Numbered from the stretch's first letter, positions 9,460 through 18,662 are shown. The stretch is 64,000 bases of DNA from an uncultured Clostridia bacterium (GCA_934167305.1 CAKPKQ010000005.1:952-64951), one strand, 5' to 3'. Numbers and translations: made by a program. The notes: generated from the letters alone by a model not told the origin.

Positions 9460-9562
9460 ATTCCTTATTTGTACAAATTATGTATATAACTGTTAATAAG
9501 GTTATGTTTATAGTTATTGAAATTATAAATCCTATGATTAGGAATTGTAAAAGATTTACCAT
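9458..9562 (-). CDS. 34-aa hydrophobic peptide, type I toxin-like (below the ORF-track cutoff)
   Basis: GAGGTGG SD lies 5 nt before the ATG. Translation: MVNLLQFLIIGFIISITINITLLTVIYIICTNKE. The 5' UTR hairpin cacttt..catagt-tttt-actatg..aaagtg abuts the SD. Promoter-like TTGTTT-17-TATAGT lies at about 9650-9678. Confidence 0.4.
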   Translation of the reverse strand: MVNLLQFLIIGFIISITINITLLTVIYIICTNKE

Positions 9563-9716
9563 AAACACCACCTCACTTTCCCATAGTAAAAACTATGTAG
9601 TAAAGTGGCAACACACATCTGCTTGTTAAGCTTGTTTCCTATATTTAATACTATACAATATTTCTTTATTAAAAACAAGCGAACATTTAAACAAATTTGT
9701 ATTTTTTTCCAGTGTC

Positions 9717-9745
9717 TTGTCATTTAATTTAAAATATTGTATAAT
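9717..9745 (+). promoter_or_regulatory. Promoter of ssrA (TTGTCA-17-TATAAT)
   Basis: ttgtca at 9717-9722, a 17-nt spacer, and tataat at 9740-9745, about 18 nt before the mature tmRNA 5' end. Confidence 0.6.
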
Positions 9746-9763
9746 ATATATTGTATTTTATTT

Positions 9764-10128
9764 GGGGATGTATTTGGTTTCGACAGTATCCTAGAAGTAT
9801 TGATAGCGAGTAGTGGATTCTCACTTGGCCACTTAAATAATGTGAGAAATTAAAAATAAACGCTGATAATAGAGAATTAGCATACGCTGCCTAATTAAAA
9901 GGCGCGTCATCTTACTTTATGTGCCCACGCTTAAAGATTAAGGTGTCAAATTAGTGGGAAACGAAATTATTTTTAGTTATGAAAATAATGGGTATTTTTA
10001 AATAACTACCTTTTTAATAAATTTGTTTGTTGTGTTATTATTTAGGGAATCTTTACAATAGACTGCACTCGGAGAAGTTGATATGGAAAGAATATTGGAC
10101 AGGAGTTCGACTCTCCTCATCTCCACCA
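9764..10128 (+). ncRNA. ssrA: tmRNA (SsrA)
   Basis: The 5' end reads GGGGATGTATTTGGTTTCGACAG. The acceptor stem pairs with the 3' end CATCTCCACCA, including G3:U. A T-arm aggagTTCGACTctcct is present. The tag reading frame at 9862-9894 (gct gat aat aga gaa tta gca tac gct gcc taa) encodes ADNRELAYAA*. Confidence 0.93.
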
Positions 10129-10194
10129 ATTTTTTATAAAAAATACTTGCACATTATTTAGTTTTGTGCTAATATAATAAAGTATTAAATTTTT

Positions 10195-10269
10195 AGGGGT
10201 ATAGTGTTAATGGTAGCACATCGGTCTCCAAAACCGCTTGTGAGGGTTCGAGTCCTTCTACCCCTGCCA
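10195..10269 (+). tRNA. tRNA-Trp (anticodon CCA), CCA encoded
   Basis: Cloverleaf: AGGGGTA/TACCCCT acceptor stem, anticodon loop CTCCAAA, T-arm GAGGG-TTCGAGT-CCTTC. Close to the B. subtilis tRNA-Trp pattern. Confidence 0.9.
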
Positions 10270-10274
10270 TTAAA

Positions 10275-10308
10275 AGAGAAGTTAATTAATAATTAGCTTC
10301 TTTTTTTC
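10275..10308 (+). terminator. Terminator after tRNA-Trp
   Basis: Stem gagaagtta/ttagcttc with one mismatch, followed by a T7 run. Confidence 0.5.
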
Positions 10309-10363
10309 TTGATATTTTATTTTTGTTACTGTATAATAGTTACACTAAGGTGGGAGATATAAA

Positions 10364-10792
10364 ATGGAAAAATTAAAGAAGCTATTAAATAGAGAAGTTA
10401 TTTCTTATATTATTTTTGGAGTTTTAACTACAGTTGTTAACATTAGTGTTTCATATGTTTTAAAAGCATTTTTACATGTAGAAACAAATATTGCAAGTAC
10501 AATTGGTATAATTATTTGTATTTTATTTGCATATTTTACTAATCGTAAATGGGTTTTTGAATCACATGCAAATACAGCTAAAGAAAAATGGGCTGAATTT
10601 TTTAAATTCATTTTAGGCAGAGCTTTTACAATGTTTGTTGAAATTGTAGGTGTATTCTTATTAAATGATGTATTTCATGCATTTTACAACTTTGGAGATA
10701 ACACAGGCTTTTTAATTAATAAATGTGTTATTACTGTAATTGTTATTATTCTAAACTTCTTTATCAGCAAGTTTTTTGCTTTTAAAAAATAA
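10364..10792 (+). CDS. GtrA family membrane protein
   Basis: 142 aa with four TM segments. The N-terminus (ISYIIFGVLTTVVN) and the NRKWVF motif are typical of GtrA-like proteins. Confidence 0.8.
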   Translation: MEKLKKLLNREVISYIIFGVLTTVVNISVSYVLKAFLHVETNIASTIGIIICILFAYFTNRKWVFESHANTAKEKWAEFFKFILGRAFTMFVEIVGVFLLNDVFHAFYNFGDNTGFLINKCVITVIVIILNFFISKFFAFKK

Positions 10793-10835
10793 AATTTTAT
10801 TATAAATTGGGGGCTACTAGAAATTGGAGGTATCT

Positions 10836-11410
10836 ATGTCTAGTAGTTTTTTCAAGCCTTTTTATTATTTATTTGCTTGTATCTTTTTGTTAACTTTATT
10901 TATTTCTTGCTTTTTTGGTTCTACAATTATTCGGTTCAGAATTTTACCCTTTTGATGAAAATGAGAAATATGTTTGGCCTTCTCCTGGCTATACATATAT
11001 AACTTCATATTTTGGTTATAGAGGTTTACCAACTGCTGGTGCTACCTCTTATCATGCTGGAATTGATATTGGAGCACCTGAGGGTAGTAAATTTATAGCT
11101 ATATGTGATGGTAAAATTACTTTTGCCGATTTTTTGGGCGGTGGTGGTTATACTATTACTTTAACAAATGAAAATATGAAAGTTACTTATTGCCATGTTT
11201 CACCAAATTATATTGTTAAAGTTGGTGATTATGTCTTAAAAGGCCAAGTTATAGGTAATGTTGGGCCTAAAAATGTTTATGGTGTAAAACGGTAATCAGT
11301 ATAAAGATGAAAATGGTAATCCAACTAATGGTGCAACTACTGGTCCTCATTTGCATTTAGGAATTAGAATTGATAATAAATATATTGACCCTTTAAGTCT
11401 GTTTAACTAA
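10836..11410 (+). pseudogene. M23 family metallopeptidase split by two +1 homopolymer frameshifts (sequencing artefact or pseudogene)
   Basis: GGAGG SD plus ATG at 10836 encodes a TM anchor that stops at 10934. The M23 core (YHAGIDIGAPEGS) is in the frame of ORF 10915..11295. The C-terminal GPHLHLGIRIDNKYIDPL is in a third frame, ending at 11410. The shifts fall at the T-run about 10908-10914 and the A-run about 11286-11289. Confidence 0.7.
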
Positions 11411-11447
11411 AAAAACTTCTGGCAGTTTATAACTGCTAGAAGTTTTT
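11411..11447. terminator. Bidirectional terminator between the M23 gene and the zinc-ribbon gene
   Basis: Stem aaaaacttctggcag/ctgctagaagttttt (one mismatch), flanked by an A-run and a T-run. Confidence 0.6.
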
Positions 11448-11452
11448 AACTT

Positions 11453-11944
11453 TTACATATCTTCATCATTTTCATCGTGTTCGTCTTTGTGATCATCATG
11501 TTTTTCATCATCTTCACATCCGCCACAATGAGAACAACATCCACCACATTCTTCTTCTCCGTTCCAATCTAGTTCAATAATGTTGTGGCATTCTGGACAT
11601 TCAATTTCTGTATTTTCATCACTATTTATATCTGCTACAAATTCATTATTGCAATATGGACATACTATTTCAAACTCATATGGTTCGTCTTCTTCATATA
11701 TATCATTTTCAATTCCATCTACAGCCTTTTTTACAACATCTATTTGGCTTTCAATTGTTTTTTGTTTTTCTTCTACTTCTTTTATTCTCATGTCTGTTAG
11801 GTTTGTCAATCTATCTATAACATCCATAAACATCATTGATAATTCTTGAAATTTATTTAAAACAAAAACTCTTTCTTCTTCATCTTGAAAATGATTTTCT
11901 AATTCAGTTAATATTGATTGATAATGATTTTTTAAGTCTGACAT
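11453..11944 (-). CDS. Zinc-ribbon protein with acidic/His-rich tail, conserved hypothetical
   Basis: CPYC...CPEC pairs followed by GGCCSHCGGC and a D/E/H-rich C-terminus. Sits just upstream of efp. Confidence 0.6.
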   Translation of the reverse strand: MSDLKNHYQSILTELENHFQDEEERVFVLNKFQELSMMFMDVIDRLTNLTDMRIKEVEEKQKTIESQIDVVKKAVDGIENDIYEEDEPYEFEIVCPYCNNEFVADINSDENTEIECPECHNIIELDWNGEEECGGCCSHCGGCEDDEKHDDHKDEHDENDEDM

Positions 11945-11961
11945 TGTTTTTTCCTTTCAAA

Positions 11962-12528
11962 CTATACTCTTTCCATATATTCACCAGTTCTAGTGTCTAT
12001 ACGAATAACATCTCCAATGTTTATAAACATTGGTACTGAAATTTCATAACCGTTTTCTAGTGTTGCTGGTTTGCCAGAAGTTGTAGTTGTGTTTCCTGCA
12101 AATCCTGGTTCTGTATATGTAACTTCTAATTCAACAAACATTGGTGGTTCTACTGAAAATACATTACCTTTGTATGATAATATTTTTACATTCATGTTTT
12201 CTTTTAAGAATTTTAAACTATCACCAAGTTGTTCTTTGTTTAATGGTAGTTGCTCATATGTTTCATTGTCCATGAAATAATAGATATCGCTATCATTATA
12301 TAAATATTGCATTTCTCTTTTTTCAATTTGTGCTGCAGGGTATTTGTCTGATGGGTTAAATGTTTTTTCTATAACTGCTCCTGAAATTACATTTTTTAAT
12401 TTTGTTCTAACAAATGCTGAACCCTTTCCTGGTTTTACGTGTTGGAATTCAACTACTTTAAATACATTTCCTTCCATTTCAAATGTTGTTCCGTTTCTAA
12501 AATCTCCTGCCATATATACGTCTGCCAT
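11962..12528 (-). CDS. efp: Elongation factor P
   Basis: 188 aa. Contains [16 protein letters not shown] with the conserved loop lysine. Full-length EF-P pattern. Confidence 0.95.
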   Translation of the reverse strand: MADVYMAGDFRNGTTFEMEGNVFKVVEFQHVKPGKGSAFVRTKLKNVISGAVIEKTFNPSDKYPAAQIEKREMQYLYNDSDIYYFMDNETYEQLPLNKEQLGDSLKFLKENMNVKILSYKGNVFSVEPPMFVELEVTYTEPGFAGNTTTTSGKPATLENGYEISVPMFINIGDVIRIDTRTGEYMERV

Positions 12529-12630
12529 ATTTAATTTCCCCTTTCAATATACATTTATTTTTATTACTTAATTAATAACTTTTTCAAAGCCTTTATATTA
12601 TACACCTTGTTTACGCTAAAATCAAGCTTT

Positions 12631-13704
12631 TTATTCAGCTTTATCTACTATAATATAATTTTTGTCAGATTTAGTTAAATTTATACAACCAGATTTTGTA
12701 ATTAATGTTGTATCTTCTATTCTAACTCCAAATTCTCCTGGTATATATATACCTGGTTCATTGGTTACTACCATGTTTTCTTTAAGTTGATTGTCGTTTT
12801 TAAAACTTATTATTGGTATTTCATGAATATCTAGTCCAACACCATGCCCAAGTGCATGCACTAAGTTATAGCCATTTAGTTTAAAATCATTTTCCACGTT
12901 TCTTGCTAATATTCTAATACTTGCACCATCTTTCATGTCTTTTTCAGTTTGTAATTGATTTTTTAAAACTAAATTATATACTTTTTTTATTTTTTCAGGT
13001 ACATATCCTGCAAATATTGTTCTTGTCATGTCCGAACAATACCCTTTATATTTGCAACCAAAATCTATTGTAATAGGATCTCCTACATCTATTTTTCTTT
13101 CAGTTGTTTTTGAATGTGGTTTAGATGAGTTTGTTCCCGAGGCTACAATTGTTTCAAATGATACCCCTTCAGCACCATTTTCTAAAAAGTAATTTTCTAT
13201 TTCTGTTGCTATTTGTTTTTCTGTCATGCCTATTTTTATATATTGCACTATATGTTCAAAGCATTTATCAGTTATTTCACATGCTTTTGTTAAATATTCT
13301 ATCTCTTTTTCATCTTTTATTAATCTTTGTTTTTCTATTATATTTTCTGTTTCTTCTAAGTGGTTTGCTTTGTATTTATGCATGTAGTTTTTGTATGTTG
13401 CATATGTTACATAGTTTTCTTCAAATCCAACATTTTCGCAAAATGAGAAAAAATTTTCATAATCATATTCACTAATGTCTGTATAATTGCTTACAATAAT
13501 TTCATCATCTATTGTAAGTGTTGATTGTACTTCTTCTATGTATCTGGCATCTGTTATATAGTAGTTTTCTTTTCTAGTAATTAAAAGTACACCTTCTGCG
13601 TTTATTCCAGTTAAGTATTTAACATTAATAGGGTTTGATACAATCATTCCCTGTATGTCTAGTCCACGAAGTTTTTCCTTTAAACATTTAATTTTTTCAT
13701 TCAT
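12631..13704 (-). CDS. Xaa-Pro aminopeptidase/dipeptidase, M24B family
   Basis: Creatinase-like N-domain plus M24 metal ligands (DFGCKYKGYCSDMTRT, HGVGLDIHE, EPGIY, IEDT). The ATG at 13704 follows GGGTGG. The ORF track starts at a GTG at 13716. Confidence 0.9.
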   Translation of the reverse strand: MNEKIKCLKEKLRGLDIQGMIVSNPINVKYLTGINAEGVLLITRKENYYITDARYIEEVQSTLTIDDEIIVSNYTDISEYDYENFFSFCENVGFEENYVTYATYKNYMHKYKANHLEETENIIEKQRLIKDEKEIEYLTKACEITDKCFEHIVQYIKIGMTEKQIATEIENYFLENGAEGVSFETIVASGTNSSKPHSKTTERKIDVGDPITIDFGCKYKGYCSDMTRTIFAGYVPEKIKKVYNLVLKNQLQTEKDMKDGASIRILARNVENDFKLNGYNLVHALGHGVGLDIHEIPIISFKNDNQLKENMVVTNEPGIYIPGEFGVRIEDTTLITKSGCINLTKSDKNYIIVDKAE

Positions 13705-13727
13705 AAAACCACCCACTATTTACTTTT

Positions 13728-14471
13728 TTATCTAGAAAGCCCCAAGGTGAATATTTTCCATACTATGGTTTGTAGTAATTCTGTTGGAACAAATATAGCT
13801 ATAAATGCACTTGCAACAATAAATGGTCCAAATGGTATATACTCATTTGCTCTTTTCTTTTTACTTGCAAGTATTGCTATACTTATAATAGCTGCTAATA
13901 AAAATGATAATACTGATACAATAATTGTATTGTTCATTCCTAGAAATAAACCTAATGCTCCCATTAGTTTTACGTCTCCAAACCCCATTGCCTCTTTTCC
14001 AGCTATGAAGCCCCCTATAACAGTTATAAGTAAAAATATTCCTCCGCCTATAAGCATTCCTATTATATTGTTAGTTAATACATTAAGTCCTAACCCTGTA
14101 TTTGAAATTACTTCTATAAACGTAAATGCTAAACCTGTTTCAAATATTGTTAGAGTTAATCTATTTGGTATAATTTGAAATTTTAAATCTATGCAAAATG
14201 CAATTAAAAGCATTGGTACTAAAAATAGATATTTAAACAACTCTATACTTACACCAAAGAAATACACTAAAGCTACAAACATTATTGCTGTTATACTCAT
14301 TAATATATAGTTTGGCTTAAGTGCTTTTAAATATTCTTTAAAAAAATCTTTTGTAAAAACTTTTTTATAGTCTGGCATACGTTTATTGCACCAATCTATA
14401 AACTGTCCTACTATTAAACCTATAATTCCAGCTATTACATAAATTAATATGTGTGTATCATTAATATACAT
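13728..14471 (-). CDS. A24 family prepilin peptidase (peptidase domain only)
   Basis: Polytopic membrane protein with both catalytic Asp motifs (FCIDLKFQIIPN and GFGDVKLMGALGLFLG) and PFGPF. There is no Cys-rich N-terminal methyltransferase-associated segment. Confidence 0.85.
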   Translation of the reverse strand: MYINDTHILIYVIAGIIGLIVGQFIDWCNKRMPDYKKVFTKDFFKEYLKALKPNYILMSITAIMFVALVYFFGVSIELFKYLFLVPMLLIAFCIDLKFQIIPNRLTLTIFETGLAFTFIEVISNTGLGLNVLTNNIIGMLIGGGIFLLITVIGGFIAGKEAMGFGDVKLMGALGLFLGMNNTIIVSVLSFLLAAIISIAILASKKKRANEYIPFGPFIVASAFIAIFVPTELLQTIVWKIFTLGLSR

Positions 14472-14976
14472 TTTTTTCTCCTTTGTTACTTTGTTTTAAA
14501 TATTTTTGTATAATTTTATTTTCTATTGGTCTTTTAAATTTTGTAATCCAAATGTCTTTTTCATTAATTGGCTTAACAAGTATTGAAAACATTTTTGCCC
14601 TATTAGCTCCAATTACATCTGTAAAAATCTGATCTCCAACCACTGCTATTTGGCTTTCTTCTATGCTCATTATTTTTCCAGCCTTTTTTAAACCACCTAT
14701 GCATGGTTTTTTTGCGAAAAATATATATGGTATTTCTAACTTCTTAGCTGTGTTCTCAACTTTTTCTTTATGATTTGAATTTGATACTATACACATTTTT
14801 ATTTTGTTACTCTTTAAATTTTCTGCCCATTCTTTTATTCCTTCTGGCATCTTTTTATCAAAGTCAATTAGTGTATTATCAACGTCAAGTATTAAACCTT
14901 TTATATTATTTTGTTCTAACATTTTTAAAGTAATTTCTTTTACACTATTTAAGTATAATTTTGGATATAAAAACAT
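14461..14976 (-). CDS. YqeG-family HAD-IIIA phosphatase
   Basis: 171 aa with DVDNTL, VSNS and GDQIFTD motifs. Confidence 0.85.
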   Translation of the reverse strand: MFLYPKLYLNSVKEITLKMLEQNNIKGLILDVDNTLIDFDKKMPEGIKEWAENLKSNKIKMCIVSNSNHKEKVENTAKKLEIPYIFFAKKPCIGGLKKAGKIMSIEESQIAVVGDQIFTDVIGANRAKMFSILVKPINEKDIWITKFKRPIENKIIQKYLKQSNKGEKNVY

Positions 14977-15149
14977 TTTGCCTCCAATATGTTGTATAAA
15001 TAAAGCTTATTTTTCTTTTTAATATTATCAATATGCATTGCATTTGTCAAGGAGAACTTTATATGATTTTTTATAGTAAAAAATTATTGACTAAAATATT
15101 AAGTTGTGATAGCCTATAGTAAATTATCTTAAGAAAGGATGATATACAA

Positions 15150-15629
15150 ATGACAGATAAAGAAAGAAAAGTTATTTTTACTTTGATTGGAGTACTTGTA
15201 GCAATTTTAGTAATTATTTTAACAGTAAAAGGCGTTCGTAGAAATAAATTAAAAAATTCAATTTCAGATTCTGAAAACACAAATAATGAAGAATATGTTA
15301 CTTCTTTTAAAGATCTTGGAAGTGATGTTAAGCTAAATAATAGCACTGAATTTAATAGTACCAAAACATATAATAATATAGAGTTTTCTAATATTAGATT
15401 TGTTTATCAAAATGGAAGTAGTACATTAACTGCAGATTTGAAAAATGTTGGCTCTAGTAAACATGAAGAAGAAATAGTAACATTATCAATATTAGGTACA
15501 GATGGTTCTGTAATTGTTACTCTTGATGCTAGTATTCCAACTCTTGAACCAGGTGAAACAAGCCGTTTAAATGCTTCTGCTACAGCAGATATAATAAATG
15601 CTAAAGATTTTAAAATTGAAGCAAAATAA
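15150..15629 (+). CDS. Membrane-anchored hypothetical protein
   Basis: N-terminal TM (VIFTLIGVLVAILVIILTV) followed by a beta-rich ectodomain. SD aaagga precedes the ATG. Confidence 0.55.
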   Translation: MTDKERKVIFTLIGVLVAILVIILTVKGVRRNKLKNSISDSENTNNEEYVTSFKDLGSDVKLNNSTEFNSTKTYNNIEFSNIRFVYQNGSSTLTADLKNVGSSKHEEEIVTLSILGTDGSVIVTLDASIPTLEPGETSRLNASATADIINAKDFKIEAK

Positions 15630-15636
15630 ACAGTAA

Positions 15637-15672
15637 AGTGTGTCAAAATTCAAATTGACACACTCTTTTTTT
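15637..15672 (+). terminator. Terminator after 15150..15629
   Basis: Stem agtgtgtcaa/ttgacacact followed by a T-run. Confidence 0.7.
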
Positions 15673-15684
15673 CTAATAAAATAC

Positions 15685-16368
15685 TTATTTACAAAATCTA
15701 TGATTTCCAATCGTTACAGTCATTGGTCTAGACCATATCCATTTATTTGTAGCCGTGTTTGGGTTAAAATAATAAATTGCGCCATAGCTAGGGTCCCATC
15801 CATTTAATGCATCTTGAGCTGCTTTCTTTGAAGTTGAATCAGGTGACATATTTATTTGACCATCAGATACAACATCAAATGCTCCTTTTTGATATATAAC
15901 TCCTGCTATTGTATTTGGAAACGAACTGCTTTTTACACGATTTAAAACAACTGCCGCAACTGCCACTTGCCCAGAATATGGCTCTCCTCTTGCCTCACCA
16001 TGTACTAACCTAGCTAATAAATCTAAATTAGTTGAATAGCTTGAACTCGAACTACTATTTGAAGAATTTATTCCCATTGCCTCTAATGTTTTTTTACCAG
16101 CTATTCCATCAACTGTTAACCCATTTTTAGATTGAAACCATCTTACTGCTTTTTGTGTTTGAGTTCCATATATTCCGTCTATACTTCCGCTGTAATAGCC
16201 CCATCTTTTTAATTTAGTTTGAATTTGCGTTACTTCATTTCCTCTAGAACCATACTTTGACAATGCGTCTACTTCATTATTTTTGAAAAATATATTATAT
16301 GAAATAAATATAGAGAAAGTTATTATAATAACAATCATTCCTATTAATGTTTTTTTATTTTTTTGCAT
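15685..16368 (-). CDS. Cell wall hydrolase (SleB/CwlJ-type catalytic domain) with a PG_binding_1 domain
   Basis: N-terminal TM. Peptidoglycan-binding repeat (GNEVTQIQTKLKRWGYYSGSIDGIYGTQTQKAVRWFQSKNGLTVDGIAG). Hydrolase_2-like C-terminus (LLARLVHGEARGEPY...VVLNRV...QKGAF). Confidence 0.85.
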   Translation of the reverse strand: MQKNKKTLIGMIVIIITFSIFISYNIFFKNNEVDALSKYGSRGNEVTQIQTKLKRWGYYSGSIDGIYGTQTQKAVRWFQSKNGLTVDGIAGKKTLEAMGINSSNSSSSSSYSTNLDLLARLVHGEARGEPYSGQVAVAAVVLNRVKSSSFPNTIAGVIYQKGAFDVVSDGQINMSPDSTSKKAAQDALNGWDPSYGAIYYFNPNTATNKWIWSRPMTVTIGNHRFCK

Positions 16369-16440
16369 AAAAACACACCTACTTTAGTTAAATTTAATTA
16401 TTGTTATTTTAACCAAATTAGGTGTTTATATACATTAATT

Positions 16441-18102
16441 TTAGAATATTCCTATAATGTTTCCATCTGCATCTAAGTCTATACTCTCAGCTGATGGAAC
16501 TCTTGGTAAACCAGGCATTGTCATTATTTTACCTGTTAATACTACAATAAACTCAGCTCCTGCTTTTAATACAACATCTTGTACATGTATATTAAATGGT
16601 TCTTTACATTCTAAATTTTTAGGATCATCTGAAAATGAATATTGAGTTTTAGCTATACATACTGGTAAATTGCTATATCCTAATTTTTCAATCTCTTTAA
16701 TATGTAATTTAGCTTCATCTGTATATTCTACATTTTCAGCTCCATATATTTTTTTAGCTACTGAATTTATTTTTTCTTCAATTGTTTCATTTAATTCATA
16801 TGCAAATTTGAAGTTTGAAGTTTTTTGAGTTAAGTTAACTATTTTTTCTGCTAAATCTTCTGCTCCTTCTCCGCCTTTTTCCCAACTTTCAACTAAACTT
16901 AAATCAATTCCCTTTTCTTGTAATTTCGCTTGTAAAAATTCTATTTCAGCTTTTGTATCATGTGTATATTTGTTTATTGCTACTATAACATTTAAGCCAT
17001 ATTTATTTTTTAGGTTATCTACATGTCTTTCTAGGTTTTCAAATCCTTTTGCTAAATATTCAACACTTTCATTTTTTATTTCTTCTTTTGGCATTCCGCC
17101 ATGATATTTCAATGCTTTAATTGTTGCTACACATACTACTGCATCTGGTTTTAAATTTGCTTTTCTGCATTTTATATCCAAGAATTTTTCTGCTCCTAGG
17201 TCTGCTCCAAATCCCGCTTCTGTAATAACATAATCTCCTAACTTAAGTGCAAGTTTTGTTGCTATTACACTATTACATCCATGTGCAATATTAGCAAATG
17301 GACCTCCATGAACTATTGCAGGTGTTTTTTCTAAGCTTTGTACTAAATTTGGATTAATAGCATCTTTTAGTAATACCGTCATTGCTCCATCTGCTTTTAA
17401 ATCCTTTGCAGTTATTGGCTTGTTTTCTTTAGTATAGCCAACTATAATGTTTCCAATTCTTCTTTTTAAATCATTTACATCTGTTGCCAAACAAAAAATA
17501 GCCATTATTTCAGATGCAACAGAAATATCAAATCCATCCATTCTTGGTACTATATTTTTTTCTTGTGATAAACCGGTATTTACTGTTCTTAATTGTCTAT
17601 CATTTAAATCTACACATCTTTTCCAAACAACTCTGTCAAAACCTAATTCATTACCGAAATATATGTGGTTGTCTATCATTGCTGATAATAAATTATTTGC
17701 AGATGTAATTGCATGTATGTCTCCCGTAAAGTGTAGGTTTATATCTTCCATTGGTGCTATTTGACTATGACCTCCACCTGTTGCTCCACCTTTTATTCCA
17801 AATACAGGTCCTAAAGATGGTTCTCTTAATGCAAGTATTGCCTTTTTACCTATTTTTCTTAATCCATCAGCTAGACCTATTGCCATTGTTGTTTTTCCTT
17901 CTCCAAGTGGAGTTGGATTTATTGCTGTTACTAAAATTAGTTTTCCGTCCTTGTTATCTTTTAATTTTTTGTATACCCCAGGAGAAATTTTTGCTTTATA
18001 TTTCCCATATTGTTCTAATTGTTCTTCCTCAATATTTAAACCTTCTGCTATTTTAGTTATTTTTTCTAATTTTGTATTTCTTGCAATTTCAATATCTTCC
18101 AT
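16441..18102 (-). CDS. fhs: Formate--tetrahydrofolate ligase
   Basis: 553 aa, full-length FTHFS pattern (PTPLGEGKTT, EPSLGPVFGIKGGATGGG, PGLP). Confidence 0.95.
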   Translation of the reverse strand: MEDIEIARNTKLEKITKIAEGLNIEEEQLEQYGKYKAKISPGVYKKLKDNKDGKLILVTAINPTPLGEGKTTMAIGLADGLRKIGKKAILALREPSLGPVFGIKGGATGGGHSQIAPMEDINLHFTGDIHAITSANNLLSAMIDNHIYFGNELGFDRVVWKRCVDLNDRQLRTVNTGLSQEKNIVPRMDGFDISVASEIMAIFCLATDVNDLKRRIGNIIVGYTKENKPITAKDLKADGAMTVLLKDAINPNLVQSLEKTPAIVHGGPFANIAHGCNSVIATKLALKLGDYVITEAGFGADLGAEKFLDIKCRKANLKPDAVVCVATIKALKYHGGMPKEEIKNESVEYLAKGFENLERHVDNLKNKYGLNVIVAINKYTHDTKAEIEFLQAKLQEKGIDLSLVESWEKGGEGAEDLAEKIVNLTQKTSNFKFAYELNETIEEKINSVAKKIYGAENVEYTDEAKLHIKEIEKLGYSNLPVCIAKTQYSFSDDPKNLECKEPFNIHVQDVVLKAGAEFIVVLTGKIMTMPGLPRVPSAESIDLDADGNIIGIF

Positions 18103-18224
18103 TTATCTTCTCCTTTATATATTTTTAGCAGTAATATAATATTTTTCTTTCAAACTTCATAAAGAGCTGTATCCACAGCGTTTTACTGTGAAAATTATTA
18201 TATTATTGCTAATAAAAATAATTA

Positions 18225-18659
18225 TTAAAATAATAGTCCAACTATAACCCCAATAGCTGCTCCTACAACAACTTGAACTGGTGTATGCCCCAGAACCTCA
18301 ACCAATTTTTCAGATACTTGTAATCCTGTTAACCCAGGTGTTTCTACTATTTTATTTAATAGTTTTGCCTGTTTTCCAGCAGCTCTTCTTACCCCTGCAG
18401 CATCATACATTACAATAAAAGAAAAGATTAATGACACAGCAAATAAAGGTGAATTGATACCTACATTTTTTCCTATCATAGTTGTTAATGCCACAACAAC
18501 TCCAGAATGTGAACTTGGCATTCCACCTGCTTGCATTAATCTTTTAAAGTTGAATTTTTTATTTTTTATCAAATCATACACAAATTTAAATAGCTGTATT
18601 GCAAACCATACTAAAAATGGAACTATTATATATTTGTAATCATTAAAACATCCCTGCAT
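18225..18659 (-). CDS. Divergent PAP2 family membrane protein (DUF212)
   Basis: 144 aa with GGMPSSHS and MYDAAGVRR motifs. Confidence 0.8.
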   Translation of the reverse strand: MQGCFNDYKYIIVPFLVWFAIQLFKFVYDLIKNKKFNFKRLMQAGGMPSSHSGVVVALTTMIGKNVGINSPLFAVSLIFSFIVMYDAAGVRRAAGKQAKLLNKIVETPGLTGLQVSEKLVEVLGHTPVQVVVGAAIGVIVGLLF

Positions 18660-18662
18660 TTT

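Noticed and set aside
9671-9690. gcgaacatttaaacaa near the small-peptide promoter, considered as a fourth CGAACAT LexA box.
   Set aside because: The right half (AAACA) has no resemblance to GTTCG/GTTTG, so only a half-site is present.
15071-15364. Minus-strand 97-aa ORF overlapping the start of 15150..15629.
   Set aside because: The plus-strand ORF has an SD, a clean TM anchor and a terminator. The minus-strand ORF has none of these.
18103-18224. ZTP (pfl) or THF riboswitch upstream of fhs.
   Set aside because: The 120-nt leader has only a 5-bp CACAG/CTGTG hairpin. I could find neither the GGGUCGUG...CCGCCUGGGCA ZTP core nor the THF core.
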